Positions 26,428-39,448 of a stretch of DNA of 64,000 nt are shown here, piece by piece. Position 1 is the first letter of the stretch. Each line of letters begins with the position of its first letter. The translations under genes were made by a program, and so were the position numbers. This DNA is from Chrysomallon squamiferum (lineage: Eukaryota; Animalia; Mollusca): NCBI GenBank assembly GCA_012295275.1, contig CM022679.1:17918001-17982000 (forward strand). The letters are read 5' to 3'. The notes beneath the pieces are model-generated. The model did no database searches and was not told where the DNA came from. It saw only the letters and a program-made list of their open reading frames with translations.

Positions 26428-29400
26428 GAAAAACTTTACAATTAGGTACGAATATTCTAATGGCACAATGGCACAACTAATCCACAACTAACAACAAACA
26501 GATAGTGATACTGTGAAATGACAAGTTGCAAAACAGAATATTGTTAACATGTTGTTTTTTTGTTTGTTTTGTTTAATTAAGATTGTATTTTGGGAAAGGC
26601 TGTCTTTATCATCACTGAGACATATTAACTATATATCATGTTTATAGACCTCTGAAGATGAAGCTGAAGACCTTCCAGTAAAACCAGATTTGACAGCAGG
26701 AAAGATAAGTCTTGCTCAGGCATCAGATGAAACAACAGAAGTGCTAGATTCAGCACTTAAAGATCTCACACCAAGGTGCAGTTTGTTCTCCACTGAAGTA
26801 TTTTATACTTGTATCACTCACATTCTAAATTTAATAAAAAGAATAATTATGTTGAAAAATACATTTAGTTTAAAAATTTTAGTTTTCATCATTAAGGCAA
26901 TAATTTCTTAATTTCATCTTTATTAATATGTAATAAATCTGAGCTAAAAAGTTGAACAATCAATTAAAGTAACTTTTATATAAGTTTCATATAATATTGA
27001 TGTTACAAACTGTATTAATGATCAAAAGAGGTAAGTAAAATCATCAGACATGCCCTTTTCATTGCATATAATGAATTTGTTTTATAAAGGATTTCTCACA
27101 AATAACTAGAATAAGCAAACTACATTCTCAAATGCATTTTCACTGTAAAATGCATGGCATATATTGTGTGCATAAATCTGGTTCCAGAAATCAAAAATAA
27201 ATGAAGTCCTGTATTTGAAGTTGCCATTTTTTCCTTTTTTTATTTTTTATTTTATTTTAATGATTTTTATACTATGACTTTAGGTAATTTGAACATTGAC
27301 TAAGTATGAAAATGATAAATGAGATGTATTAATTAGAATTTATTTCGTTATTTTCATAGATGGAGAAACTGGGTGGTCCGAGGCATATTTACCTGGCTTA
27401 TGATTTTTTCTTTCTGTTTCATCATTTATCTAGGACCACTTGCTTTGGTTCTTTTGGTAATAACTATAATTTGTTCTGGTTTAAAATTGTATTTATGTAT
27501 TTAATTTTCTATATTTTTATTGTATTGATCAATTGCTTAGAATTCATTAAGACTGAATTGCAGCTTAGATGAAAATCAATAGATAAAACCTTTTAATTTA
27601 ATGCTTTTCTTTTTAAGTCAGTCCTGTGTTATAATTTTTTTTATATTATTTGTGGAATGATTCTCATTTTACTCTTTGGTTTTCAGATATTTGCTATACA
27701 GATCAAATGTTTTCATGAAATAATAACAATTGGATATGTGGTGTACAAGTCATATGATCTGCCATGGTTCAGAACACTCAGCTGGTATTTTCTTTTTACA
27801 TCCAATTACTTCTTCTATGGAGAAAGTATGACAGAATATTTTGGTGTTCTCTCACATATTGTAAGTTTAGTATAAAATACTATTACTGTAAAAGTGAAAA
27901 TACATAGAATTTTGGTATATGTATGTATATATTTTTATCTTCTACAAATAATAAATGATAAATATAGCCAGTGAATGTATTATAACTATATCCTAAAGTT
28001 ATGGGATCTGTATACATAGTAGAACCTGTCCAAACTGGATCACTGTGAGAACTCGGAACCATAAGACTGATCTAATTTGGAGAAGCAGCCAGTGAGACTA
28101 GGATTTTCATTTGGTTAACAATTTTGTAAACGGGTTAATTTCCCTTATTTGGAAAACTCAGAAATTGGAGTTGGCCAAGGCATCCTAAACCAGAACACAA
28201 ACAGTAACCATATTGATAAAAGTTACTAAATACATTACACACATATTACAATTTAAACTCATTCTCTATACACTTAATTTTTTAATTTTTAAAATACATA
28301 TTTTGGGAATCCTTTCAAGACAAACAAATTTCTTTTCTTTTTTCATTTTGATTTGTGTAATCTTTTCTTGGGTTTCAGTATATCAGAGTTACAGAATATC
28401 CTGATTTGTGTTTATACAGTGTTTTAATGCACTGAATACAAAGGCAAAAATTAAGTGCCAAGAATTGGATGATTTTTACAGGTTCCACTATATGTATGTG
28501 AGAATGCATCTATATAAATGTATGTATATTATTTTATCTTTAGCAAATGAATGCCTCTCTATATGTACTGTTATATCTTCAACAACTGAGTGTCAGAGTA
28601 TGTACTTCATTTGTTGAAGATAAAAAAATTAAACTTAATATCTCTGAAAATAATTTTTAGTTCTGAGGGTATGAGCAATAAATTTCAGCTTGAATTTACT
28701 TGTATTTATTAGAGGCAGCATAATGTAGGAACAATTATTAATATTCTCATTTGGTTTTACTTTTCAGAAATTCTTGCATTATTTTGTGTCATACCATCGC
28801 TTCATATCCTTTTCTCTCTACGTTGGTGGCATTGTGGCATTTGTGTTCAGTCTGGTGAAAAAACATTATTTAAAGCAATTCACACTGGTAAGAATTGTAA
28901 TTGAATTGTTAATATGGGTATTTTTAACTGTTTCTATGTCATTAACAATAAAATACATATAAAATAAAATAGCAATATACTCACATAAAATTATTTTATT
29001 TAAAAAAAACAAGTGTAAAGAAAAATAAATACAATCTATATCTCATCTAACCAAGTCTTATTTTCAAATTTTAAAATACTGATTAAGTGTTACCTATTTT
29101 CATTTCAGTTTGGTTGGACTCATGTGACTTTGTTGATAGTTGTAACCCAGTCTCATCTCATTATTCAGAATGTTTTTGAGGGACTCATCTGGTAAGTAAA
29201 TTTTGTTGATAGACCAAATTAAAAAAAAAAAAACAAGAACAATTTATATATAATAATCATTTTAGAAGTTACATTTGCACTATTCTTCTTTGTTTCAAAT
29301 AAATATTACCATTTGAATATCTGTATTTTTGCAATTTTAGGCTATTGGTTCCTGTGTCCATGATAATTTGCAACGACATCATGGCCTACATGTTTGGCTT

Positions 29401-31941
29401 CTTTTTTGGTAAGACTCCACTCATCAAACTGTCACCAAAAAAGACATGGGAAGGCTTTATTGGTGGAGCTCTCTCAACAATTGTATTTGGTCTTTTGGTG
29501 AGTTTTTGCTGAACAAAATAGGATTTAATCATGTGATTATAATACTGCAACTCAGATAGTCAAATGGTATGTCAGAAGACACACACACACCCAAGATTTG
29601 AAGAAAACTCTTCATAAAAGTAAAATGCATTGCCATTTTTTATGTTGCTCTGCCATCATGATTTCGTAAGAGAACTCTAAAACAGTGAATTCACCTACAT
29701 ATGAGTCAACACTAATAATAATCTTGCTGATTTAACATATCGTAATTATGACATCACTGTTTATTGTTTAAGAGTGATTGTTTATTCTTATTGTGGTAGT
29801 TTCTTTAGATGCAAATTGCTATCATTGTTTAAAAAGTGACTATACTTAAAAAATTGTGTGCCAGTGTAGATAAAGCAATTTACTATTAAATGGTTCTTGA
29901 GTTCAGGATTTTGCACCTGGAATCCAAAGTAGACAGCATTTGGATTAATCAGAATTTTGAAATGGTGCTGGTTCACATATAAATCCAGATTAGTCAAATG
30001 AATCCATTGTATATCATTTAGATATTTTACCAATTTATTAATGTGATTCAGATGATAGCTATTATAGTTTAAAACTGAAAGATGAAACTAAATGTGCTGG
30101 AAATGCTGGAAACCTTAAATAATTTAATTTAAAATAATAAACCCATTTACATTGTTAAATACTGTATGATCCTGTTGCTGTTGTTTGATACTAGACTTGT
30201 TTCACTTTAGCTTTCCTATGCACTGGTACAGTTTGACTTTTTTGTATGCCCCATTCATTATGATGAAGAAAAAGAAGCATTATCAATGGAATGTGAACGT
30301 AACCCAGTGTTCAAGATCACTGAGTTTAATCTTCCTGAGACACTTCAGGGATTTTTTGCATTAGTAAGTTGAATATATTTCTTTGGGATAATGATTTATA
30401 ACTGTTGCATTTCATCTCTGGTGAAAATAAATTAAAAGAATGATGTGACATATTGTTCACAAAGATGTATGGTGGATGCTGTTTTATGCTTTTTTTTAAT
30501 GATATTATTTCATCTATAGAAAGTAAAAAGAAAACCAGGATAAAATGATTGATGTACTAAATGCATCATGTTTTTTTGTGAATGAATCTTTAATAACACC
30601 ATAGTGTGAAAAACACATTGGCCAGTGGGTGTCAAACAGATTTTATAAACAGTCACACCTATATGTATAAAGTGTATAAATACAGACTGATCAGTAAATT
30701 TAGATTATTCAAATCACAGTAAATGATCAACATGAATAAAAATATTACAGATAAGAATCCCTTGGAGAACCATGAAAATCTACCCATTCCTTCTCCACTC
30801 GGTAGCATTAGCCATGTTCGCTTCTGTCATTGGACCATTTGGAGGCTTCTTTGCCAGTGGATTCAAAAGAGCTTTCAAAATAAAGGTTTGTGTTAACGTT
30901 TTATGTTTTTCATACAAGACTATTGACAGAAACTACATTATGGTACTAACTTGGTACAGGCCATTGACAGCCTGGAGTGGTGAGCATTAACACAGGTGTC
31001 ACATTAACACATAAATTGGATAAACATTCTTTACTTCAGAGCTATTTTTAGGATAGCCAGGAAGTTCTTACAGCGTGCAGTTCATTGTTGACAATGGCTC
31101 ATTTCAAAAGTTGTGTCCAAAAATATATTTGTAGCTGCCTTCAAACCAAATTTGTTTTAAATTTACTTAAAATAAACCCTACAAACTCATAATGAAATGA
31201 AAACTCATTGAATTACCTTTCAAACAGGGTAACAGAACTGATGCAAAACAATTTCACATTTGAAAGTAGCACATGCATAGAAAAATCACTGTAAATTCCA
31301 TTTCCTACTGGGTTACATCACTGTACATTTTATATGCAACTTGAAAGAATTGTCTCTCTTTAAAATTATTATCCTTACATAGTTATATTTTTAATAATTT
31401 ATAGTTTGCATATTTTTCTTCTGTGTTCCAAACTTTATTGTATATAATAAGAAAACATCCAGAAATAAACAAATTACACTTTGGGTTTTGTTGATTACAT
31501 TGTTCCACTCTAAAATATATATACTTATTTTGTTTGTGAAATTCTTAGAATAAATAGCAATTTAAGAGATAATTTTAAAAATTAATTTTTAGTTTTTTGT
31601 TTTTATTAATACAAATTTAAACTCAAGTATGTCATTTGAAAGATCTTAAATTGTTTGCAAGTGGCTGAATTTTTAAAATCGGACAAGGACTGAACTCACT
31701 TTGCCTGACTACACGTTCAGTTATTTTATAGGCAAAGATCAACTTACAACTCTGAAAAAAATTAAATTCCTCTAACAAGTTAGCACCAGTACTTTTGTTG
31801 ATTTTAAGTCTTCTGTAGATATTTATCAGTTTGCCAAAGTTGCCATTTTCTTTAATTTGTCAAAATATGGTAGAAAACAGACTAATTACCTGTGGTATTG
31901 ATCTGCATATACCAATAAAGATATTCATAATTATTTTTTCC

Positions 31942-31973
<32 letters not shown>

Positions 31974-32866
31974 GGCAACTTTCATTATTCTTGCATATTA
32001 TTTAAAATCAAATTAATTAATCATTTGGCTGCTCATACTTACACTAACTTCAAATTTGACAGTGTTGAACATAGTTTTCTAAATGACGAATTTTTGTTGA
32101 TAAAGGAAGTTTTGCTGTTATTGAAATTTGAGAAGTATTTAAACATGTTCTGGTAAGTCATTTTTTCATATTTGAATATATTCATATTTGAGTATCATCT
32201 GTTTTAGGAATAAGCATGTATTTTAGCTGTTACAATTCACTGTGTTGTAACAGAATTTCTAAAGTATTGTTTCATGTTTTCATTGGTCCAATATAAAAAG
32301 AGGAAAATAAAAGAATTAACATAAGAATATTTGTTTTATTTATTTTTATAAACTTTTCAGTCCAAATAGTTAAATTTTCTTAATTTTTATTTTCAGGATT
32401 TTGGTGATACTATTCCAGGACATGGTGGCATAATGGACAGATTTGACTGTCAGTTCCTAATGGCTACATTTGTTCATGTTTACCACTTCAGCTTTATCAG
32501 GTCAACATTATGGATTTTGTTATTTCTATTTTATATTGCTTTTACTTTATCAGATCAAAAATATAGATACATTGCATAGATTATTTGTTATTCTGAATGT
32601 GTTAAATCTGGGTTGTTGGAGGGGGGATTCCATCATAATTTTAATACTGTAATAAAATTTTTATTAATAACAATAGGACATAAAATTTACACTTGAATTA
32701 TTATTTTTGTAATAAACTGTGTAGTTTTCTTTACAGAATACCAAATCCCCAAAAACTGTTACAGAGTGTATTCCTTTTGAAACCAGAAGAACAACTTCAT
32801 GTGTTCCACATACTTCGTGATCGTTTGATGCATGGAGGACTTCTAAATGTTACCAGTGGATTATGA
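25409..32866 (+). CDS. CDS2: Phosphatidate cytidylyltransferase (CDP-diacylglycerol synthase, CDS1/CDS2 family), 11 exons, 444 aa
   Basis: Exons 25409-25462 (MADIRQR), 26648-26775, 27360-27456 ([12 protein letters not shown]), 27687-27860, 28768-28887, 29109-29191, 29341-29497 ([13 protein letters not shown]), 30211-30363, 30751-30885 ([18 protein letters not shown]), 32397-32500 ([19 protein letters not shown] signature), 32737-32866 (TGA). All GT-AG with matching phases; total 1335 nt. Likely a single invertebrate co-orthologue of CDS1/CDS2. Confidence 0.97.
28017..28490. mobile_element. Tigger-like MITE in CDS intron 4
   Basis: TAGTAGAACCTGT versus reverse complement TAGTGGAACCTGT inverted termini. 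Confidence 0.55.
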
Positions 32867-35444
32867 TCTGATATTTTATATGTCAAGATTTTAAATGTAA
32901 TAATATTTTATAAAACTGGATATATTAAATTCTGAATTTCAGAACTTTATTAAATTAGACCAAAACTTAATAATATTGATTGTGAAATATTAATATGTTT
33001 GTTTATTGCTGGTATATATATTGAAAGGAAATTTTGTAGAAAAATTGTTTCAATATACAAAACTCACCTGGGATCATTTTTGTTATTTCCTCCTCATTTT
33101 GTATTTTTGTTTTATTAAGTTACATTCTCATTCCAGCAAAAACTAAATGTGTATTTTCTGAGTGTGAAAAATTCAAAATTGCATTCATAATTTAATCATA
33201 CATTTATTTGTGTTCAGTTATAATTATTTTCATCAATTCATTTAAATTTATATATATTTCACAATCATGAACATTCAATTTTTTTTTTTAACATTTTACT
33301 TTCATAAAATCCAAATAGATAATAGTTACTAATGTGATATTGCAGTATTTTAATTTATTATTTTAAATCTATTCTTTTTAATATTTTGGCAGTAACTAAT
33401 GCTAGTGTAGCTGCTAACCAGTAAATTTTGTTTTTTAGAAACCACAACTGTGCAATTATAATAAAAATTAAAACCACATAACAGCTGGATTTTATGTTCA
33501 TTAAATCATATTGAATAATAGATTTTTAGCAGTTGGCACTGCTTAAAAACAAAAATGCCATACTGTTGTTCTTTGAGTTTTTATCATAACTCATGATTTG
33601 ATCAAAATTAATTTTGGTCAGTTCTGTGATTATATAATATATCACTCTAGTTATATAATTTCACTTGCAAAAAGATTTGGCAGCTAAGAATTTTGGTAAA
33701 ATTTAACCACAGTTTCTTGTTGATAAAGATCAGAAAGAATAGTATCTGATACAAAATGAATCTGTTTATCATGAAAATACTAAAATTGTTTTAAATAAGC
33801 ATAATTTTTTTAATATGCTATAGTTTTAAATAATTACTGTTCTCTTACTTTGTTTGCATTTATCTAATCTATCACAATAATTATTTTAACTTTATTTAAT
33901 AACCATTTAAGAATTACATTAGTTTCAAATTTCAGATGTCTTCTCTGTGCAGTATTTAACAAATTCTTGATTTGCATAGATGCTATTATTTTACAAAAAA
34001 GGAAAAATCTAAATTAAACAAAAATATGTTCTTTAATGTGATGCAGTTAAAATAGTAGTAATTATTTCATTTCATAAAGTCATGTTTTACCGTATCCAGT
34101 GTCAAAAACAATTAAATTTATGCAGATGTGAAAATGAAATAAAATAAATTAAAATATACAAAATTGTGAATTCATTACATTTATTTCACATGTTAATAAG
34201 ACAATAAGTAATTCCATGCTGACTCAAATAAACATCTAAATATTTCAAATATAACAATTTTCCCATTATGATCTCTTGACCAAGTGAATATTTGTTTGAT
34301 GCTTACGTGACTGAAAGAACATTAGTTTTCTGAAACATGAAAACAGTTAACATCTGTGTCTTTTGTGTTAAATAAACAAATTTATTTCCTAAAGATGATA
34401 TCGGGGAGGCTATTGTTGCTGATTACCAGCAGTGAAACAATACTTTTAACTGACCAATGAGAAAATTACTTGTCACTCACTCTACTTGAGGAACTTAGGT
34501 TTAAAATTATTCTAGTCATATTAAAAGTTTATATTGTCATATTTAATAGTATAGTGATACTTTAAAAAAATTGTGTTAAATCATAATGCTGTGTTTTAAG
34601 TAATTTTAAACTAAATATATAATAACTAGCTCACTTAATCATATCTCCAGTATGACTTTCTGTATCCCACATTCTGTGATTGCATATTAATCTGTAGATG
34701 GCTAGTTCAGATACATAGAATTGTATAGAGTGAATACATGTACAAAATAATTCTCATTCACATAAGTAATTTATTATGTTATTTATTTAGTATGTGGGTG
34801 GTATATATATATATTTTAACATTTAATTAATTACATGTAATTTGTATATTTTATATGTATTTGTTTTCTTAGATGTTTAATTAATATTATTTTACTAAAA
34901 AAAGGTGGCATTTATAACAATCATTTTGCAATTTGTTAAACACTAATTTGTCTTAGTACAAGGCTATTACTAATCTGTTTAATCTTCCTAACTCTAATTT
35001 AAAAACATTTTCACATTATGATGTATTTCTTATGAAATCTTATTACTGGCCATTTATAGTTCTATATAATTAAGCAAATAAATTAGATAAATAAATATCT
35101 TAATATTTTTCAACAGCAAGTGTAATTTACTATGATTATTGGGTCACAGAAAGATTGTTAATGCTGTTAAATATTTATACAGATGCATAGATAGGTTTAT
35201 TTTTCAAATTAAAATATGCTTTTTTTCCCCATCAGTGATAATGCAGGAAACAGAATGTGTATTTACTGCTTTAATTAACATTTTATTTGTTTGAAAATTT
35301 GACATAAAGACAAATATCATTTTGAGTCTATTGATTGTTTTCAGTATATGTAAACATTTCTGTAAATGCAGTCCATTTTTGACTGTGTGAATACATCTGG
35401 TATTCTTCCAAGGGATTATTATTAAAATAATTGATGCCAAAAGA

Positions 35445-35475
<31 letters not shown>

Positions 35476-36639
35476 ACAAAATACTGTTATATTGTTATAA
35501 TAAAGTATTAATGTATTTTGTAATATTTAAAAACGTATATGATTTTATTTTCCTTCAGTATCAAACCTGGAAAGAAATGGCATAGACCCTAACTGGTATA
35601 AAGGTGTGATTTTTCACATTTTGACAGTTACACATTAAATACTTTTAAATGCTATTTCTTAATTATTTTTACAACACCTTAGAAAAAGATATACAGTAAA
35701 TAGTCAACTGAAAATTTAAAATTGTTTTTTTTTAAATCTCCACATTATTATCAAACTTTCATTCAATATGAAATTTTAAAGGTAACAACATTTTATATTA
35801 TATCAGTGTAAATTGCTTTTATTTCATTTGCCATTTGCATTCCAGTTAAACATTGTTTTCTTCTGAATAAATACAATTGAGTTGTTTTTTTTGTTTTGGG
35901 GTTGGGGTCTTTTTTTTGCTCTGAAATTTTAAGTTTTATCTTAGTTAAATAATGAGTAATGTTTGAGTTAGAATGGAAAAGGCTTAGATGGTACTAAAGT
36001 TTCATAATTACATAAATATTAAAGCACCATAATAAAAGGACCATAATATTTATTCCATACTGAAATGAAGAATTTTTGATAATGCAAAAAGTAGTAAGTA
36101 TGATCTGTTTAATGTATGTTAATTTAAATTAAGTTTTTACTGAACCATATTAGTACTTGTTGGATTGTACTGTTGTTGCAGAATGTGCAGTTATAATTAT
36201 TTTAGTGTTTGTAGTGTTCAGCCTGCAGAGGAAATGAAGCTAATTCTGTTTGTGCCAAAAACACAAAGACCTAAAAACCTGTTGTTTGTTGTAATTTTTG
36301 TGTAATGCTATGAAAAGTACTGGTTTCATTATTAGAATAAAGTATCTGTAAAGTGAAACGTTTTTCTTTCTTTTCTCATATAAGAAAATACACTCACATC
36401 AAAAATTAAAGGAAACAAATAACAGTATCAATATATAGTTAAAATACATTTTATAAAATCAGTTCTGTTAATAAGTATACATCATCACTGCAGCTGTAGT
36501 GTCATGGGCAAAAGCCTCAGAATGTTGTTTCCACTGTATCATCACTCCATCATTTATCTTATGTTTTGCACTGTCCAGCCAAGGTCCACTTCTGTCTTAC
36601 CTGTAAACTTTTTTTTTTATCTCGAACCCATATTTGTTT

Positions 36640-37170
36640 TTTGTTCTGTTACGTTTAACATGTCTTTTCATTTTTGTTTGTGCAGCTTCTAGTTTATTTT
36701 TTTGCACTCTGTATATCATTGCTGGAATTCACATGAGTTGTAAATATTTCTTAAGCAGATTCCAAAGTTTCCCTGATGTTGCAGTGCTTTGCAAATGCGG
36801 TCCAGCCAGCCATGATTCTTTTAATGTCCATCTCATGGTATTTGTTGCTGGTTCTGCATCTCTGTATTGGAACTAGTTGAGCCTTCTTGTTCATAAATGC
36901 TGTGCATACGGGGCTTTAGTATTCTCAGGACGTCTCTAGTTGGTTTATGACATTGATGTAATCTTCTACTTTTAGTGTTTCAATGTTATGTGGTCCTATC
37001 TCCTCTGCCTTCTGAATCATGGTATTCATGATCATGTACTTTCAAGATGTCACCTTTCTCATTGTTCATGTTTAGCTCAGATTTCCCTACTTGTGTATTG
37101 AAGTCTCCCATAATGAGTGTCTAGTGAGATGGGTTCCTTTTAATGTCCTGTGCATGTCACTGTAGAAGAA
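36640..37170 (-). mobile_element. Degraded LINE (APE endonuclease) fragment
   Basis: The minus strand near 37085-37125 reads TLIMGDFNTQVGK, the GDFN motif of LINE endonucleases. Boundaries are approximate. Confidence 0.5.
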
Positions 37171-37374
37171 ATCCTGTCTTCTGAGTATAATAATTTATGT
37201 CCATACATATGATAATTTTTACTATGTTAATGTTAATATCCATATATATGATGATTTCTTAATATGTCATCTTTAGCAATGTTACCGCTCTTTTTTTTTT
37301 TTTTTTTTTGACACTTGCTGTTTTTTTCTGACCCAGATATTCTTAGTGCCCCCTGCTGGTCTGAACTGATTCTA

Positions 37375-38000
37375 GGACAATTGCCCCTTGGACAACTGCC
37401 CCCTTATTTTTTCTTCCAGTAATGATTTTCAAGCATAACGACATAGATATTTAAGGAATATTTGTTTAATACTTCAAAAAAAAAAAAAAAAATAGACCAT
37501 ATATAAAAAGAAATTCAGATTAGTCTGTCCATAGTTCTCTAGTAAAGCTTTGTATAGCAACAGTTCATTCACAAGTACAACTATAACCATGTATATTAAG
37601 GCACTTTGTACAAGAGTTCATTGACACTTTTCAGTTTTCACACTTTGATGTTGTATGTTGTTCGACTCAAATAGTCCAGGGCATGTCAATTTTCAAGCTG
37701 TCTGACTGGGATTTGGAAAAAATTGCACCTTATTTATTTTTTCTGTATAGTTGCTTTAAAAAACCCCATAAAAGTACTTTTGAAAATAAAGAATATTTAT
37801 GCAATTTTGTTACATGCATGTATATTAATATGTAGCATCACTCAGCTACTTGCTTTTGCTTAACACAGTATAGTATTATATCAGAGTTTAATATTACACA
37901 TATACACATACATAAACACACATAAAACATATATATACATACACACATATATATATATGCACACACATACATATATATATATATACACACATATATATAT

Positions 38001-38054
<54 letters not shown>

Positions 38055-38900
38055 TTTTATGTGTGTATATGTATGTGTGTAATATTAAACCGATATAATA
38101 CTGTACTTTGTTAAGCAGAACCCGGTGGCTGAATAATGCTATATATTAATATACATGTATGTAACAATATGAATATATTTTCAAAAGTACTTTTAAGTTT
38201 TTTAAAGCACTATACAAAAATAAATGAGGTGTCATCTTTTCCAAATCTGCACAGTGCCATTTTTTCCTAGAACCATCTGACCAGTCTCAACAAATGCAAT
38301 GAAGCTTCTTGGTATTTTTAATGATGTGGTTGAGATGATTCACCACCAATCTTCTGTTTTATTTCCAGTTCATTAGTGCTTGTCCATGCTTTAAAATGTC
38401 TATAAACTTCCAGAATGTTTGACTGGAAGTGACAGTGCAACCCTTCCACAAAGTTGTTAGTCTGTGGCAAATTCTTTTCCAAATGCTGATGCATATTCCA
38501 CATGCCAACATTTTAACATGGATCATGACTGCGAAGAGCTCTGCCATACTGGATACCAATGAAGTTGTTCCCAAAGTAATCCAGTATTTGCAATACAGAG
38601 TCATCATTATCAGCTTCTGATAGTGCTTCAAAGGATCCACAGGAACAAATGCAATTGCAACTATCTGATGGATCAGTAAAGCAAACTCTTCATAAGTATT
38701 GTAATGAACTGCCAGACTAATGAGTTGAGCTTGGAGGCAGATGAAAGAAGCATCCAGTCACAATACAGTTTAGCTTTACAGATGTGTTGCCTTCTTCTTT
38801 CATATTCATAACAAATCACTCCACCACCAAGTTCCTTCTGTCAGACATACACATAGTTTTTGAAGGCAAGTTTTGGAGACCACACTTTTGACTCGGTGAA
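37375..38900 (-). mobile_element. Mutator/MULE transposon remnant
   Basis: Subterminal GGACAA(T/C)TGCCCC repeats at 37375-37403; minus-strand pieces CFFHL, IVAIAFVPVD and WNMH...LPQTNNFVEGLH (MULE DDE region). Confidence 0.65.
37710..38247. repeat. ~540-bp foldback palindrome with a central TA/CATA microsatellite, lying within the MULE remnant
   Basis: Arms 37710-37935 and 38045-38247 are reverse complements (GATTTGGAAAA...AAAAGTACTTTTGAAAATA...TTTAATATTACACA). Confidence 0.8.
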
Positions 38901-38948
38901 CTCCATCTTATAAAGTATAATATTTCTGCTACAAGGCATGACCTTATA

Positions 38949-39448
38949 CAGTGGATCCTCGGATTACGAATGCCTCGAAGTACAAACAAATCAGATTACC
39001 AACTGTGATCTTGGGCAGTTTTTGTCTCGGTTTACAAATACTGTCCTGGGTTTATGAACTACAGCGATGCACCATGACAATCTTTCTTTTGACATCAAAG
39101 TCTAGTGAAGATAAGAATAGATGCTTACATCAAAACTAAGTTCAAACAGGATTATAGGTATGTCCTGCAGCAAATATACATCATGAATTAGGGCCTTTAG
39201 TCTTTGATACACAGTTGCAGCACAATAGCTTTTGCAGAGATTTTTTAAAGTGTTGCTGCTTTTATGGCACCCAAGAAAACAAAAAGTGAAAGATAATGTT
39301 GGTGGAAAGTATAAATGTATCACAGTACAGGTCAAGAAAGAAATACATGTAATTGCCAAACATAAGAGTGGCATTTGTGTGGCTGACATCACTTCGGTTT
39401 ATGAACCGAGTTTTGGAACAAATTACATTTGTAGCCCAAGTTCCACTG
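38949..39448 (+). mobile_element. Tigger deletion derivative (500 bp)
   Basis: TA-CAGTGGATCCTCGG...GTTCCACTG-TA; retains a CENP-B-type HTH start (MAPKK...KCITVQVKKEI...IAKHKSG). Confidence 0.7.

Noticed and set aside
34392-34455. C/D-box snoRNA-like arrangement (GATGA...CTGA...CTGA) downstream of the CDS stop codon
   Set aside because: The C box is imperfect, and there is no clear terminal stem or recognisable rRNA guide.
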